Source of the DNA: Candidatus Latescibacterota bacterium
GTDB lineage: Bacteria > Latescibacterota > UBA2968 > GCA-2709665
Assembly: GCA_965208835.1 (NCBI GenBank)
Contig: OZ242358.1
Coordinates: 2,464,001 to 2,528,000, forward strand
Reading direction: 5' to 3'
DNA length: 64,000 nucleotides
Below the pieces are notes generated by a model. The model saw only the letters and a program-made list of their open reading frames with translations. It did not search any database and had not been told where the DNA came from. The translations under genes were made by a program, and so were the position numbers. Position 1 is the first letter of the stretch, and each line of letters starts with the position of its first letter. Positions 29,306 to 39,493 of the stretch are shown piece by piece.

Positions 29306-30733
29306 TCAGACAAGAGCGAACTGCTCTTCGGTGGGCTCCGCTCAGCAGTACCAGGGTTCGGTGAGGCGGGGAAGCGATCGGCGGGTCGGGTCCGCATCGA
29401 TAACGACCCTTGGTGCCGGCCGGTCCAGCATCCCGTGCACATGCGACCTGATCCTGCGGAAGATCTCTCGCCGGGGGGCGTCGCTTTTCTGGAGCCGGGC
29501 GACCAGCCGGGTCAGTTCATTCTGGAGCCGGTCCAGACGGGCGTCGGGATGCGCCCACGGGTACAAGAGGGCTTCCGGCGTGAATGTGCCCACCAGATTG
29601 CGGACCTCGGCAAGTTCCAGCAGCCTTGATTCCCCGGGGATAAGCAGCCGGATGGTGAGTTGAACGGGCGAGACGTGTTCGATCAGGTCCAGTTCGGCGA
29701 GTGTGTTCAGAAAACGGGCATACCCCTCCAACGTGATCCAGGGCGTGAACGGGATAAACGTCGGATTCATCACGAGCCGATGTCTCTTGAAGAGCTCGAC
29801 GACCTCGAAGAAGTCGTCGACCGTGTGCCCTTTGTCCAGCAGCGCGAGAACGCGGTTGTCCAGAGACTCTACGGCGGTCGTAACGAGTGCGCACCCGGTA
29901 TCTCTGAGGAGGGGCAGATAGCGCCCATTCTTCAGCAGATGTTCGATCTTTACGGTGATGTCGTAGGTTAGGTCGGGAAATCTGTGGTGCAGTTTTTCGA
30001 CAAGCGGTACGGCGTGGCCGATTCCGTTGAAGAAGTCGGGATCGCCAAACGTGATGTGTTCCGCACCCGTGGCAACCTGTCTCGCAACGTCGTCCAGCAC
30101 GATCTCCGGTTGTACAATCCGGAACCTCCCGCCGTATACGGGCACAACCGGACAGTGGCGACAGAGATGCTTGCAGCCGCGGCTCGCCTCGGTATAGCCG
30201 ACGGTTTTCAGATGCCCGTCGCCCGTGGACAGCCGTGCGTAGCGGGAAAGGTCCGGAAGGCCTGCACGGTCGGGCGGAAGAAAACGCTGCCTGGCAACGG
30301 AAACGACCGGGTCTTCCTGGTCTCCAAGGGCGCCAGAATCCTCCCGCAGGCGATTGCACAGCTGAAGCAGTCCGTTTTCGAATTCACCACCAAGTATGGT
30401 CTGTGCGCCCATGCTTCTCAGGAAGGACTCGTTGACCGAAGCATAGAGACCGTAGAAACAGAGATGTGCGTCGGAATTCAGTTTACGTACCCTTGAGACC
30501 AGTGGAACAGCAAGGCGCGTCGCGGTATGCATTGGCACGTAAAAGGCCACCAGATCGGCGTCGCGAACGTCGTCAGAAGGGAAGTCGACTATGGAAACGT
30601 CGGCCTGGACCACATCGATGTCCGCCCTCCGCAGCCACGCAGCCGGCGAGGCCAGACCGAATGGCTGTCGACCCAGTTCGTAGGTGGACACGAGTACGGC
30701 TTTGAACGGACGCGATTGGCTTGTGGTCGTCAT
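29306..30733 (-). CDS. CUAEP-tail cobalamin-binding radical SAM selenoprotein (TGA at 29342-29344 read as Sec)
   Basis: CxxxCxxC (RGCKHLCRHC) and N-terminal B12-binding-like domain; the frame continues through TGA as EPWYC-U-AEPTEEQFALV to a second stop at 29306-29308, matching the CUAEP/CCAEP-tail family signature. Confidence 0.88.
29312..29328 (-). promoter_or_regulatory. Putative bacterial SECIS hairpin
   Basis: mRNA AAGAGC-AGUUC-GCUCUU stem-loop begins 13 nt after the in-frame UGA. Confidence 0.6.
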
Positions 30734-30745
30734 GGGTCGCATACC

Positions 30746-30798
30746 AAAACAAACGGCAGACGACGGGGAGGTGCCCCTTGAAGTCTGCCGTTTGTTTT
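30746..30798. terminator. Strong hairpin / intrinsic terminator after nfuA
   Basis: AAAACAAACGGCAGAC...GTCTGCCGTTTGTTTT inverted repeat with T tails on both strands. Confidence 0.7.
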
Positions 30799-30807
30799 CT
30801 GCCGATA

Positions 30808-31392
30808 TTACTTCGAGGTCTGGTAGTAGGGGTTTGTGCCGTCCGCGTGTTCGGTAATGTCGAGAATCTCTTTGATTTCCGGCACGGCCTCCTTGATCAG
30901 GACCTCGACACCCTGCTTGAGTGTCACGTCCACCATGCCGCAGCCCTGGCATCCGCCTCCGAACTGGATGTACGCTTTGTCGTCCTTCACATCGATCAGC
31001 GAGATATGGCCGCCGTGCATGGCCACGCTGGGATTGATCTTCTCGTCGATGATGTTCTGGATCTTCTCGGCGGCCGTGCCTTTCAGATGCGGAGGAACTT
31101 TGTTGGGATTCTCGATTTTGAATCCTCTGCCCATCAGGCTGTCCACAAAGTCCAGCGTAATGTCCTCGGCATAGGGAGCGCTTACCGGGTCAATGTAGAT
31201 ATTGAACCCTTCGAACGGCGTGACGGCGTCGTCGTCCTCTTCCTGACCGCGGGCGACGAACGCGAGCCGGTAATTGGCCTGCAGCGGGGACACCGCCTCG
31301 GCCTTGACGCGAACGCCAACGATGTCCGTTTCCTGGCTCCCGATCAGGTTGACAACTTCCTTCTGCGCGGCTTCGGTAACGGTAATATTCAT
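30808..31392 (-). CDS. nfuA: Fe-S biogenesis protein NfuA
   Basis: Cys-less degenerate A-type N-domain plus Nfu domain INPSVAMHGG...GGCQGC. Confidence 0.88.
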   Translation of the reverse strand: MNITVTEAAQKEVVNLIGSQETDIVGVRVKAEAVSPLQANYRLAFVARGQEEDDDAVTPFEGFNIYIDPVSAPYAEDITLDFVDSLMGRGFKIENPNKVPPHLKGTAAEKIQNIIDEKINPSVAMHGGHISLIDVKDDKAYIQFGGGCQGCGMVDVTLKQGVEVLIKEAVPEIKEILDITEHADGTNPYYQTSK

Positions 31393-31432
31393 ATCGACCT
31401 TCCCCTCGGAGAGATTGGCAGTGGCGGGACGG

Positions 31433-31927
31433 TCAGGATTCCAGCGCCACAGCTGACCTTGCGGGTTGTTCCCGGTCTATCTTTTCCTGGATCTTCATCA
31501 GCGCGGACAGCAGATCTTCGGGTCGGGGCGGACAGCCGGGCACGTAGACATCGACCGGCAGAAACTGGTCCACGCCCTGTACCAGCGTATAGGTATTGAA
31601 GACACCTCCGGACGACGCGCACGCGCCCATCGAAATCACCCATTTCGGATCCGGCATCTGGTCATATATCTTCTTGAGTACCGGCATCATCTTGATTGAT
31701 ATCCGGCCCGATACGATGAGCAGGTCGGACTGGCGGGGCGAAAACCGCACGGCTTCCGCGCCGAACCGGGCCATGTCGAAGCGCCCGGAGAGTGTCGCCA
31801 TCATTTCGATGGCGCAGCAAGCCGTGCCGAATGGCATCGGCCACAGAGACGACTTGCGCGCCCAGTTTATCATCTTTGAAAGCGTGGTAGTAATTACGTT
31901 GTCGCCAAGGCCCGTTTCAAGTCCCAT
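31433..31927 (-). CDS. nuoB: Stand-alone NuoB-like [4Fe-4S] protein (second paralogue)
   Basis: [39 protein letters not shown]. Confidence 0.9.
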   Translation of the reverse strand: MGLETGLGDNVITTTLSKMINWARKSSLWPMPFGTACCAIEMMATLSGRFDMARFGAEAVRFSPRQSDLLIVSGRISIKMMPVLKKIYDQMPDPKWVISMGACASSGGVFNTYTLVQGVDQFLPVDVYVPGCPPRPEDLLSALMKIQEKIDREQPARSAVALES

Positions 31928-32030
31928 TGAACACCTCTGAAAGGATGTCTGGATTCGTCCTGTATCTCTTACGACGGCGTGGGCGGGTCCCCGCGATACG
32001 TCCCGCCGGCCCCGCACGTAAGGCGGGTTG

Positions 32031-32510
32031 TCAACCGGAAACCTGAATCAACTCTTCAGTTACGTTCTGCAGACATGCATCCATGGCCTGTTCTTCTCCC
32101 AGCAGGTCGTCCAGAGTGACGCGGCTGAGAAGCTGATCGATCATGGACTGCACAGAGGTCCACAACGACCGGATGGAGCAGTCCACGGAGTGCGTGCACA
32201 GCCCTTCCCGGCCGGCGTGATCTTCACAGAATTCGGGATCGAACATCCGCCCGCCCAAGGCGGCCAGCACGTCTCCCACCACAATCATGTCGGCCGATTG
32301 CGAGAGCCGGTACCCTCCGGACTGACCTCGGGAACTCTCGACAAATCCTCCGAGCCGAAGAAGGCGCATCAGCTTTGCGACGTTCGGGGCGGAGAGGCCC
32401 TCCATGTGGCTGATTTCAGATATGGAGAGGCCGCCGCCGGTTTCTCTCTGCCGCCGACCGATCTGGAGCAGGCACCGGAGACCGTATTCTTCGCCTGCGC
32501 TTAGTTTCAT
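32031..32510 (-). CDS. Rrf2 family transcriptional regulator (IscR-like, three Cys)
   Basis: [18 protein letters not shown] wing, C-x9-C-x5-C near the C-terminus. Confidence 0.88.
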   Translation of the reverse strand: MKLSAGEEYGLRCLLQIGRRQRETGGGLSISEISHMEGLSAPNVAKLMRLLRLGGFVESSRGQSGGYRLSQSADMIVVGDVLAALGGRMFDPEFCEDHAGREGLCTHSVDCSIRSLWTSVQSMIDQLLSRVTLDDLLGEEQAMDACLQNVTEELIQVSG

Positions 32511-32638
32511 GGAAAGATCGCAATCCTGGTCGGGATGGACGCCTGATTCGTTCTTGACGCTGTCGCAGATGTCATGATGCAGTATTTTCGTACAATCGAC
32601 GCCAGGCGTGATCGCGGCGGCCGTTGATTGAGTTCCGG

Positions 32639-33142
32639 CTACAGCAACCCGAGCTCAAGCCTCGCGGCTTCGGACATCATTTCCGGGTTCCATGGCGGAT
32701 CGAAGGTCAGATCCAGGATGACGTCACGCACTCCTTCAACCGACCGGGTAGCGCTTTCTACCTGCCCGGGGAGGATTCCCGCGGCCGGACAGGCGGGGGA
32801 GGTGAGGGTCATCTGGACGTGTGTCATCCCGGAGGCTTCCACCCGGATGTCGTAAATGAGGCCGATATCGTAAATGTTGACCGGGATTTCCGGATCGAAA
32901 ACCGTGCGATGGGCCGCGATGATGTCTTCCTTGACGGCTTCGGTGTCTATTGGGCCGGTGGATTCAGTCTTCCTGGGCGCCGCCTGCTGTTCTTCCGCAC
33001 GTTCCGCGGCGTGCGCTTCAAGCGCGCTCGTGTCCACGGGGTTCGCCTCGTCTTTGGCGCCGGAGTCCGGTACGTCGTCCCTTCGAGCCGCAGCTTCGCC
33101 TTCCTCATTTCCGTAAAGACGGTTCAGCAGTCGTTCTAGCAA
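32639..33142 (-). CDS. sufT: SufT / DUF59 Fe-S assembly protein
   Basis: VFDPEIPVNIYDIGLIY, MTLTSPACP, FDPPW..MMSEAARLELG; TTG start after GGAGGT. Confidence 0.88.
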   Translation of the reverse strand: MLERLLNRLYGNEEGEAAARRDDVPDSGAKDEANPVDTSALEAHAAERAEEQQAAPRKTESTGPIDTEAVKEDIIAAHRTVFDPEIPVNIYDIGLIYDIRVEASGMTHVQMTLTSPACPAAGILPGQVESATRSVEGVRDVILDLTFDPPWNPEMMSEAARLELGLL

Positions 33143-33165
33143 GATGATTACCTCCCGAAGGATGC

Positions 33166-33618
33166 CTACTCGGTGGTCACCGGCGATTTGCTGTCTTCGA
33201 GTGCGGCCTCGAGCGTATGCCACGCCAGGGTCGCACACTTGATACGCACGGGGAACTCTCTCACGCCGGCGAATACGGCCAGCTTGCCGATGCCGTCGAC
33301 GACGGGTTCGGTGGACAAATCGCTTGTTACGAGGTCACGGAATTTTCCAAAGAGCGATTGAGCGTCCTCGAGCGTCTGGCCCTTCACAGCGTCTGTCATC
33401 AGGGAAGCCGACGCTTTGGAGATGGCGCATCCCTCGCCCTGAAAAGCAATATCCGCTATCCTGCTCCCGTCGAGCTTGACATAAAGGCTCAAGTGGTCGC
33501 CGCATAGCGGGTTGTGTCCCTCTGACGTCCGGTCGGCGTCACACATGCACCGGAAGTTGCGCGGACTCCGGTTGTGGTCCAGAATGACCTGCTGGTAGAG
33601 TTCTCTGAGATTGGACAT
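33166..33618 (-). CDS. sufU: SUF system NifU family protein SufU
   Basis: LYQQVILDH, NPLCGD, GCAISKAS, RIKCATLAW. Confidence 0.92.
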   Translation of the reverse strand: MSNLRELYQQVILDHNRSPRNFRCMCDADRTSEGHNPLCGDHLSLYVKLDGSRIADIAFQGEGCAISKASASLMTDAVKGQTLEDAQSLFGKFRDLVTSDLSTEPVVDGIGKLAVFAGVREFPVRIKCATLAWHTLEAALEDSKSPVTTE

Positions 33619-34898
33619 TAACGGAAGACCTCATTGACCGTGTGCAGCGCCCGTACAAGCGTGTCGATGTCTTCATGCGTATTGTAGAACGCGGTGGCCG
33701 CTCGCGTTGTCGCCGGAATGTTGAAATGACGCATGACGGGTTGGGCGCAGTGGTGTCCCGCGCGGACCGCCACGCCGCATTCGTCCACGATGGTGCCGAC
33801 GTCGTGCGGATGGACGTCATCCATCACAAAGGAAATGACGCTGACTTTTTCTTTTGCGGTGCCGATGATCCTCAGACCCGAAATCCCGGAAAGGGCTTCC
33901 GTGGCGTAGGCGAGCAGCTGATTTTCGTATTCGGCGGCGGCTTGCAGGTCGATCCGGTTCAGATAGTCGATGGCGGCGCCCAGAGCGATACAACCCGCAA
34001 TATGGGGCGTGCCGGCTTCGAATCGGGCCGGTGGATCGGCATAGGTGGTTCTTTCAAAGGAAACCTCTCGAATCATGCCGCCGCCTCCCCGGTAGGGTGG
34101 CATCGAATCCAGCAGTTCGCTCCTTCCGTAGAGTACACCGATGCCCGTCGGACCGTAGAGCTTGTGCCCCGAAAAGGCGTAGAAGTCGCACCCCAACGCC
34201 TGAACGTCCACCTTGAAATGGGGGACCGCCTGCGCACCGTCCAACAGTACGGGAATACCGCGTTCGCGCGCCGTTTTCACGATTGAATCGACCGGATTGA
34301 GGGTGCCGAGGACATTCGACACGTGTACGACGGACGCGAGTTTCGTACGCTCGTTCAACAGGGGTTCGAACCGGTCGATCTGCAGCTCTCCCCGGTCGTT
34401 CATTGGAACAACGCGAAGTCTTGCGCCTTTCTCCTCACAGAGCATTTGCCAGGGCACGATATTCGAATGGTGCTCCATCGCGGTAACGAGGATTTCGTCG
34501 CCGGCCTCTACGGTTTTTCGCCCCAGGGTGCGGGCGACCAGATTGATACTGTCCGTCGTTCCGCTTGTGAAGATGACCTCGCGGTCGTGGGCGGCGTTCA
34601 GGAACTGGCGCACCTTGCTGCGTGCACCCTCGTAGGAATCCGTTGCGATCTGGCTGAGATGGTGGACCCCTCGATGTACGTTTGCATTCGCCGCACTGTA
34701 AAAGACTTCGAGGACGTCGAGAACATCCCTGGGCTTCTGGGTTGTGGCGGCGTTGTCCAGATAGACCAGTGGCTTGCCCCGAACGGTCTGGTCGAGGACC
34801 GGAAAGTCCCTGCGGATACGGTGAGGATCGAAAGGCCCCGTGCGTTCGACGAGCGGGCATGTGAGCCGCTCGGCAAGGGCCTGCGCACTTGGACTCAT
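33618..34898 (-). CDS. sufS: Cysteine desulfurase SufS
   Basis: YLDNAAT, SGHKLYGPTG, RAGHHCA. Confidence 0.95.
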   Translation of the reverse strand: MSPSAQALAERLTCPLVERTGPFDPHRIRRDFPVLDQTVRGKPLVYLDNAATTQKPRDVLDVLEVFYSAANANVHRGVHHLSQIATDSYEGARSKVRQFLNAAHDREVIFTSGTTDSINLVARTLGRKTVEAGDEILVTAMEHHSNIVPWQMLCEEKGARLRVVPMNDRGELQIDRFEPLLNERTKLASVVHVSNVLGTLNPVDSIVKTARERGIPVLLDGAQAVPHFKVDVQALGCDFYAFSGHKLYGPTGIGVLYGRSELLDSMPPYRGGGGMIREVSFERTTYADPPARFEAGTPHIAGCIALGAAIDYLNRIDLQAAAEYENQLLAYATEALSGISGLRIIGTAKEKVSVISFVMDDVHPHDVGTIVDECGVAVRAGHHCAQPVMRHFNIPATTRAATAFYNTHEDIDTLVRALHTVNEVFR

Positions 34899-36220
34899 TG
34901 CGCGTTCCCGGCGACTCGCGTCTGTTCGAATTTATCCATGACAATTCGTTCCAGGTAGTTTCGAACGGATTCGGGTTTGATTCTGTTCAGGATGTCGACG
35001 GCGAACGCGTGTACCAGGATGCGCTGCGCGGTAGCGTAACTCAACCCACGCGAGCGCAGGTAAAAGACCGCGTTTTCATCCAGCTGACCGATCGTCGCGC
35101 CGTGTGAGCACTTCACCTGGTCGGCGTAGATTTCGAGCTGGGGCTTGGTATTGATGTCGGCGCCTTCCGAGATGAGAAGGCTCTGGTTGCTCTGGTACGC
35201 GTCGGTCTCCTGAGCCTTCTGGTGAACGTGTATCTTGCCTCGGAACACGCCGCTGGACCTGCCGCCCAGTATGCCCTTGTAGAGTTCGTGGCTGTTGCAG
35301 TTCGGCTCGGCGTGTTCGATCAGGGTATGGTTGTCGATATGCTGCTCGCCGTCGGTCAGATAGAAGCCGTTGACCGTGGCTTCGCAGGCTTCGCCGTCCA
35401 GCAGCGCGTTGACTTCATTGCGCACCAGTCTGCCGCCGACAGAGATGGTGTGCGTCGACAGATCGCTACGGGCGCCCTGACGGCTCTGCATGGTCGCAAT
35501 ATGATATGCCTCCGGGCTCTCGAGCTCCAACTTGTAGTGATCCACCATCGCGCTGTCGTCGGCGATCACTTCGGTTACCGCGTTCGTGAAGTAGGCCCCG
35601 TCGCCTGTATAGGATTCGATGATCGTTACCTGGCTGTTTTCTTCGGCCAGTACGAGGGTGCGGGGATGTGAAATGGAAGGGACGCCGGAAGCGGTTGAAA
35701 CAAAAACCACGTGAATGGGTGTCTCGACAACGGTACCTCGAGGGACGTATATAAAGGCGCCATCCTGTAGAAACGCGGTGTTAAGCGCGACAAAAGCGTG
35801 TTCATCGTAGTCGGCGTGCCGCGCGATATTGCCTTCCACGCGATCGTTCTCGGAGGCCTTCAATTCGGCAAGACTGCACGCCCGCACGCCGTGCGGGAGG
35901 ATCCCCACGCGGGAATCTTCAGCGCAGTAGAAGCCATTCACAAAGACCAGGCGTGTCGCAGTCAGTTCCTGAACCGGGTGAACTGACTTCCAGGCCTGGC
36001 GTGCATCCTCCGGCGTTGTTGTGCGAAACGGCGTACGGACAAGCGGCGCGACATTCGTGTGAAACCACGCTTCGTCCCTTGTGCCCGGAAACCCGAGTTC
36101 TGCGAATCGGCCGATCGCCGACTTGCGAAGCTCGTGCAAGGACGTGGCGGGCTTTCCGTTCAGCCGTTCTTCAGATTTTGCAAATGCCGACAGATAGGCG
36201 TGTGTGCCATCGAACCCCAT
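34895..36220 (-). CDS. sufD: Fe-S assembly protein SufD
   Basis: FVALNTAF, KPQLEIYADQVKCSHGAT, FYLRSRG. Confidence 0.92.
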   Translation of the reverse strand: MGFDGTHAYLSAFAKSEERLNGKPATSLHELRKSAIGRFAELGFPGTRDEAWFHTNVAPLVRTPFRTTTPEDARQAWKSVHPVQELTATRLVFVNGFYCAEDSRVGILPHGVRACSLAELKASENDRVEGNIARHADYDEHAFVALNTAFLQDGAFIYVPRGTVVETPIHVVFVSTASGVPSISHPRTLVLAEENSQVTIIESYTGDGAYFTNAVTEVIADDSAMVDHYKLELESPEAYHIATMQSRQGARSDLSTHTISVGGRLVRNEVNALLDGEACEATVNGFYLTDGEQHIDNHTLIEHAEPNCNSHELYKGILGGRSSGVFRGKIHVHQKAQETDAYQSNQSLLISEGADINTKPQLEIYADQVKCSHGATIGQLDENAVFYLRSRGLSYATAQRILVHAFAVDILNRIKPESVRNYLERIVMDKFEQTRVAGNAQ

Positions 36221-36236
36221 GTTGCTGCTGCCTCCT

Positions 36237-37010
36237 TTAGGCGCGGGCGAATCGGGCCGTGGACTCTTCTCGAATCCAATCGTAGCCTTCAGCTTCCAGC
36301 TTCCGGGCGAGGTCCTTGTCGCCCGATTTGACAATCCGGCCCTTCAGAAGAACATGCACGAAGTCCGGTACGATGTAATTCAGCAGCCGCTGATAGTGGG
36401 TGACCACGAGGACCGCGCCTCCGGGGTTTTTCCGGTGAAGCGTTTTGACGCCATTGGCCACGATTTTCAGGGCGTCGATATCCAGTCCGGAGTCGGTTTC
36501 GTCCATGATGGCGAGCCTGGGTTCGAGCATGGCCATCTGGAAAATCTCGTTTCGTTTCTTCTCTCCGCCGGAGAAGCCCTCGTTGACCGCCCGATTGAGA
36601 AAGGATTCATCCATTTCCACCAGTTCGAGCTTTTCCCTGGAAAGGGTCAAAAAGTCGATGGCGTCGAGTTCATCCTGGCCGCGTGCCTTGCGGAGCTCAT
36701 TGAGTGCCGTGCGGAGAAAATAGGCGCTGTTGACGCCGGGAATCTCCACCGGATATTGAAAGGCCATGAAAACGCCGGCCTGGGCGCGTTCTTCCGGGTC
36801 CAGATCCAGAAGATCCACGCCTTCGTAGGTAACCTCGCCCAGGGTAACTTCGTACTCTTCCCTGCCGGCCAACACCTGGGCAAGCGTGCTCTTGCCGGAT
36901 CCGTTGGGCCCCATAATGGCATGGATCTCGCCGGCCTTGATGTTCAGGTCGATTCCCGATAGGATAACGGTGCCATCGACGCTTGCGTGAAGGTTTTTTA
37001 TTTCCAGCAT
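36237..37010 (-). CDS. sufC: Fe-S assembly ATPase SufC
   Basis: [29 protein letters not shown]. Confidence 0.96.
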   Translation of the reverse strand: MLEIKNLHASVDGTVILSGIDLNIKAGEIHAIMGPNGSGKSTLAQVLAGREEYEVTLGEVTYEGVDLLDLDPEERAQAGVFMAFQYPVEIPGVNSAYFLRTALNELRKARGQDELDAIDFLTLSREKLELVEMDESFLNRAVNEGFSGGEKKRNEIFQMAMLEPRLAIMDETDSGLDIDALKIVANGVKTLHRKNPGGAVLVVTHYQRLLNYIVPDFVHVLLKGRIVKSGDKDLARKLEAEGYDWIREESTARFARA

Positions 37011-37134
37011 TCGTGTTCCTTTTGCAAGACTGTACTCGGTTTCAGGGGTGAAGCCCGGTGCGACGGGGCATTATTGAAGGCCGCCGAAGCGCCCGGGATG
37101 ATATTCAAGTGTCGCAGCCTGGTGCGACATGGCG

Positions 37135-38601
37135 CTATCCCACACTGCCCTCCAGACTGATGCCAAGCAGCTTCTGTGCCTCGACGGCGAATTCCATCGG
37201 GAGTTCGGCCAGCACCTCCTTGCAGAAGCCGTTGACGATCATGGACACGGCGTCTTCGGTGGAAATACCGCGCTGGTTGCAGTAGAAGATCTGGTCTTCA
37301 CCGATCTTCGAGGTGGACGCTTCGTGCTCTACCTGGGAGGTCGTGTTCCTTACATCGATGTACGGGAACGTGTGGGCGCCGCAGCGGTCCCCGATGAGCA
37401 TGGAGTCGCACTGGGTAAAATTCCGGGCGTTTGACGCGCCCTTCATAACCTGCACCCGGCCTCGATAGGTGTTCTGGCCGTTCTTTGCGGAGATACCCTT
37501 CGACACGACGGTGCTGCGCGTGTTCCTGCCGAGATGGATCATCTTGGTGCCCGTATCGGCCTGTTGGCGCCCGCTGGTCACGGCCACCGAGTAAAACTCT
37601 CCAATGGAGTTGTCGCCCTGCAGAATGCAACTGGGGTATTTCCACGTTATGGCCGATCCGGTCTCGACCTGGGTCCAGGAGATCTTGGCGTTGACGCCGC
37701 GGCAGGCGCCGCGTTTGGTCACGAAGTTGTAGATTCCGCCCACGCCGTTTTCGTCGCCGGGATACCAGTTCTGAACGGTCGAATACTTAATCTGCGCATC
37801 GTCGAGTGCAACCAGTTCCACAACCGCGGCGTGGAGCTGATTCTCGTCTCTCTGCGGCGCCGTGCAACCTTCGAGATACGATACGTAGGCACCTTCTTCC
37901 GCGATAATGAGCGTGCGTTCGAACTGGCCCGTGTTGGCCGCGTTGATGCGGAAGTAGGTGGACAGTTCCATCGGGCATCGCACGCCCCGGGGGATGTAGC
38001 AGAAGGAACCGTCGGTAAAGACAGCGGAATTGAGCGCGGCGAAGAAATTGTCGTTGTAAGGCACGACCGAACCGAGGTATTTCCTTATCAGGTCGGGATG
38101 CTCCTGAACGGCTTCGGAGAACGAACAGAAAATGATCCCCAGATCGGAAAGCTTATCCTTGAAGGTGGTCGCCACGGAAACGCTGTCGAAGACAGCGTCG
38201 ACCGCCACGCCCGCCAGCATTTTCTGCTCCTCCAGAGGAATGCCCAGTTTTTCGTAAGTTCGGAGGATCTCAGGGTCGACCTCGTCGAGGCTCTGCAGTG
38301 TTTCCGCGTCTTTGGGCGCCGAGTAATAGATGATTTTCTGGTAGTCGATATCCGGATAGTCGACCATTGCCCACTGCCGGCTCTGCTTGCGACGGGTGGG
38401 ATCATCCATTCCGAGCCAGTTGCGATAGGCCTTGAGGCGCCATTCCAGCAGCCAGTCGGGCTCGCATTTCTTCCTGGATATGAAGGCGATGATGTCCTCA
38501 TTCAGACCCGGAGGCGCGGCATCCTGTTCAACGTCTGTAACGAATCCGTACTTGTATTCTCTCGTTGCCAGTTCTTCGATTTCCTGCACTTCTTCGCTCA
38601 T
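37135..38601 (-). CDS. sufB: Fe-S assembly protein SufB
   Basis: [39 protein letters not shown] end. Confidence 0.96.
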   Translation of the reverse strand: MSEEVQEIEELATREYKYGFVTDVEQDAAPPGLNEDIIAFISRKKCEPDWLLEWRLKAYRNWLGMDDPTRRKQSRQWAMVDYPDIDYQKIIYYSAPKDAETLQSLDEVDPEILRTYEKLGIPLEEQKMLAGVAVDAVFDSVSVATTFKDKLSDLGIIFCSFSEAVQEHPDLIRKYLGSVVPYNDNFFAALNSAVFTDGSFCYIPRGVRCPMELSTYFRINAANTGQFERTLIIAEEGAYVSYLEGCTAPQRDENQLHAAVVELVALDDAQIKYSTVQNWYPGDENGVGGIYNFVTKRGACRGVNAKISWTQVETGSAITWKYPSCILQGDNSIGEFYSVAVTSGRQQADTGTKMIHLGRNTRSTVVSKGISAKNGQNTYRGRVQVMKGASNARNFTQCDSMLIGDRCGAHTFPYIDVRNTTSQVEHEASTSKIGEDQIFYCNQRGISTEDAVSMIVNGFCKEVLAELPMEFAVEAQKLLGISLEGSVG

Positions 38602-38686
38602 CCGACGCTCCTTCCATATATTGAAAGGGCATTAGTTTTGTTATTGTTTATACGACGCGACGATAACGTTTCCTGAATTCAGGCTT

Positions 38687-38715
38687 AACATACCCAATCC
38701 GCATCCATGTGTCAA
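38687..38715 (-). promoter_or_regulatory. Putative sigma70 promoter of the suf operon
   Basis: Minus strand TTGACA-17 nt-TATGTT upstream of sufB. Confidence 0.55.
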
Positions 38716-38811
38716 GATCAAAAATGTACGAAAAAGTCAAGTTTAATCCGGTTGTCGTCATGCAGACACTCGCACGGCCGGGAGGATCGATCTCCGAGGG
38801 GTGCTTTTCTC

Positions 38812-38841
38812 TTGACAGAAGCGACCGGATTTCGCTAATTT
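38812..38841 (+). promoter_or_regulatory. Putative sigma70 promoter of the nuo operon
   Basis: TTGACA-18 nt-TAATTT upstream of nuoA. Confidence 0.4.
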
Positions 38842-38932
38842 ATCGCCGTCAGTTCCGAATGCGAAAAACAGCGAATTCTGGTCGACGCGCAATGTTGCGC
38901 ACGACTGCAGTCAGCTTTCCAGGCGAGGCACG

Positions 38933-39352
38933 ATGCTGGATCAATATGCCAATGTACTCATATTTCTCGGTGTCGGCGGCCTCTTCGTAGTGGTCAATCT
39001 GTTCATCGGCAGCCTGATTCGGCCCCGGAATCCCAGCGCGGAGAAACTGAGTACGTACGAGTGCGGCGAAGAGCCCGTGGGTGGATCGTGGATTCAATTC
39101 AATATACGCTTCTACGTGATCGCCCTGGATTTCATCATCTTCGACGTGGAAGTGGTCCTGCTGTATCCCTGGGCGGTCGTTGCAAACGATTTCGGCTGGT
39201 ACGGCTTCGGCGCAATGTCGATCTTCGTGGTCGTACTCCTGCTCGGCCTCGCGTATGCCTGGCGGAAGGGTGCGCTCGAGTGGGTTCGCCCCAAGTTGTC
39301 GGGGCGTCAGGCGCCCGTTCCGGCCTCTGCGGCTGGAAGCCGCGTCGTCTGA
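38933..39352 (+). CDS. nuoA: NADH-quinone oxidoreductase subunit A
   Basis: YECGEEP, FIIFDVE, WRKGALEW. Confidence 0.95.
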   Translation: MLDQYANVLIFLGVGGLFVVVNLFIGSLIRPRNPSAEKLSTYECGEEPVGGSWIQFNIRFYVIALDFIIFDVEVVLLYPWAVVANDFGWYGFGAMSIFVVVLLLGLAYAWRKGALEWVRPKLSGRQAPVPASAAGSRVV

Positions 39353-39493
39353 TCGATTGATCCTGGTCCGGCCCGCCCGCGGCGCTTCGTTCCAATCGTT
39401 TTGCCTGCATTGCTTCACCGGATTCTCTTCGCAGCCCTCCAAGGTATTTGATCTGCATCACGTGGCTGGACGTTTCAGGAGGCAGGTCCGTTT

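Noticed and set aside
29342-29344. TGA read as a true stop or pseudogenising mutation of the radical SAM gene
   Set aside because: The downstream codons give the family-typical AEP tail and a SECIS-like hairpin follows, so Sec is the better explanation
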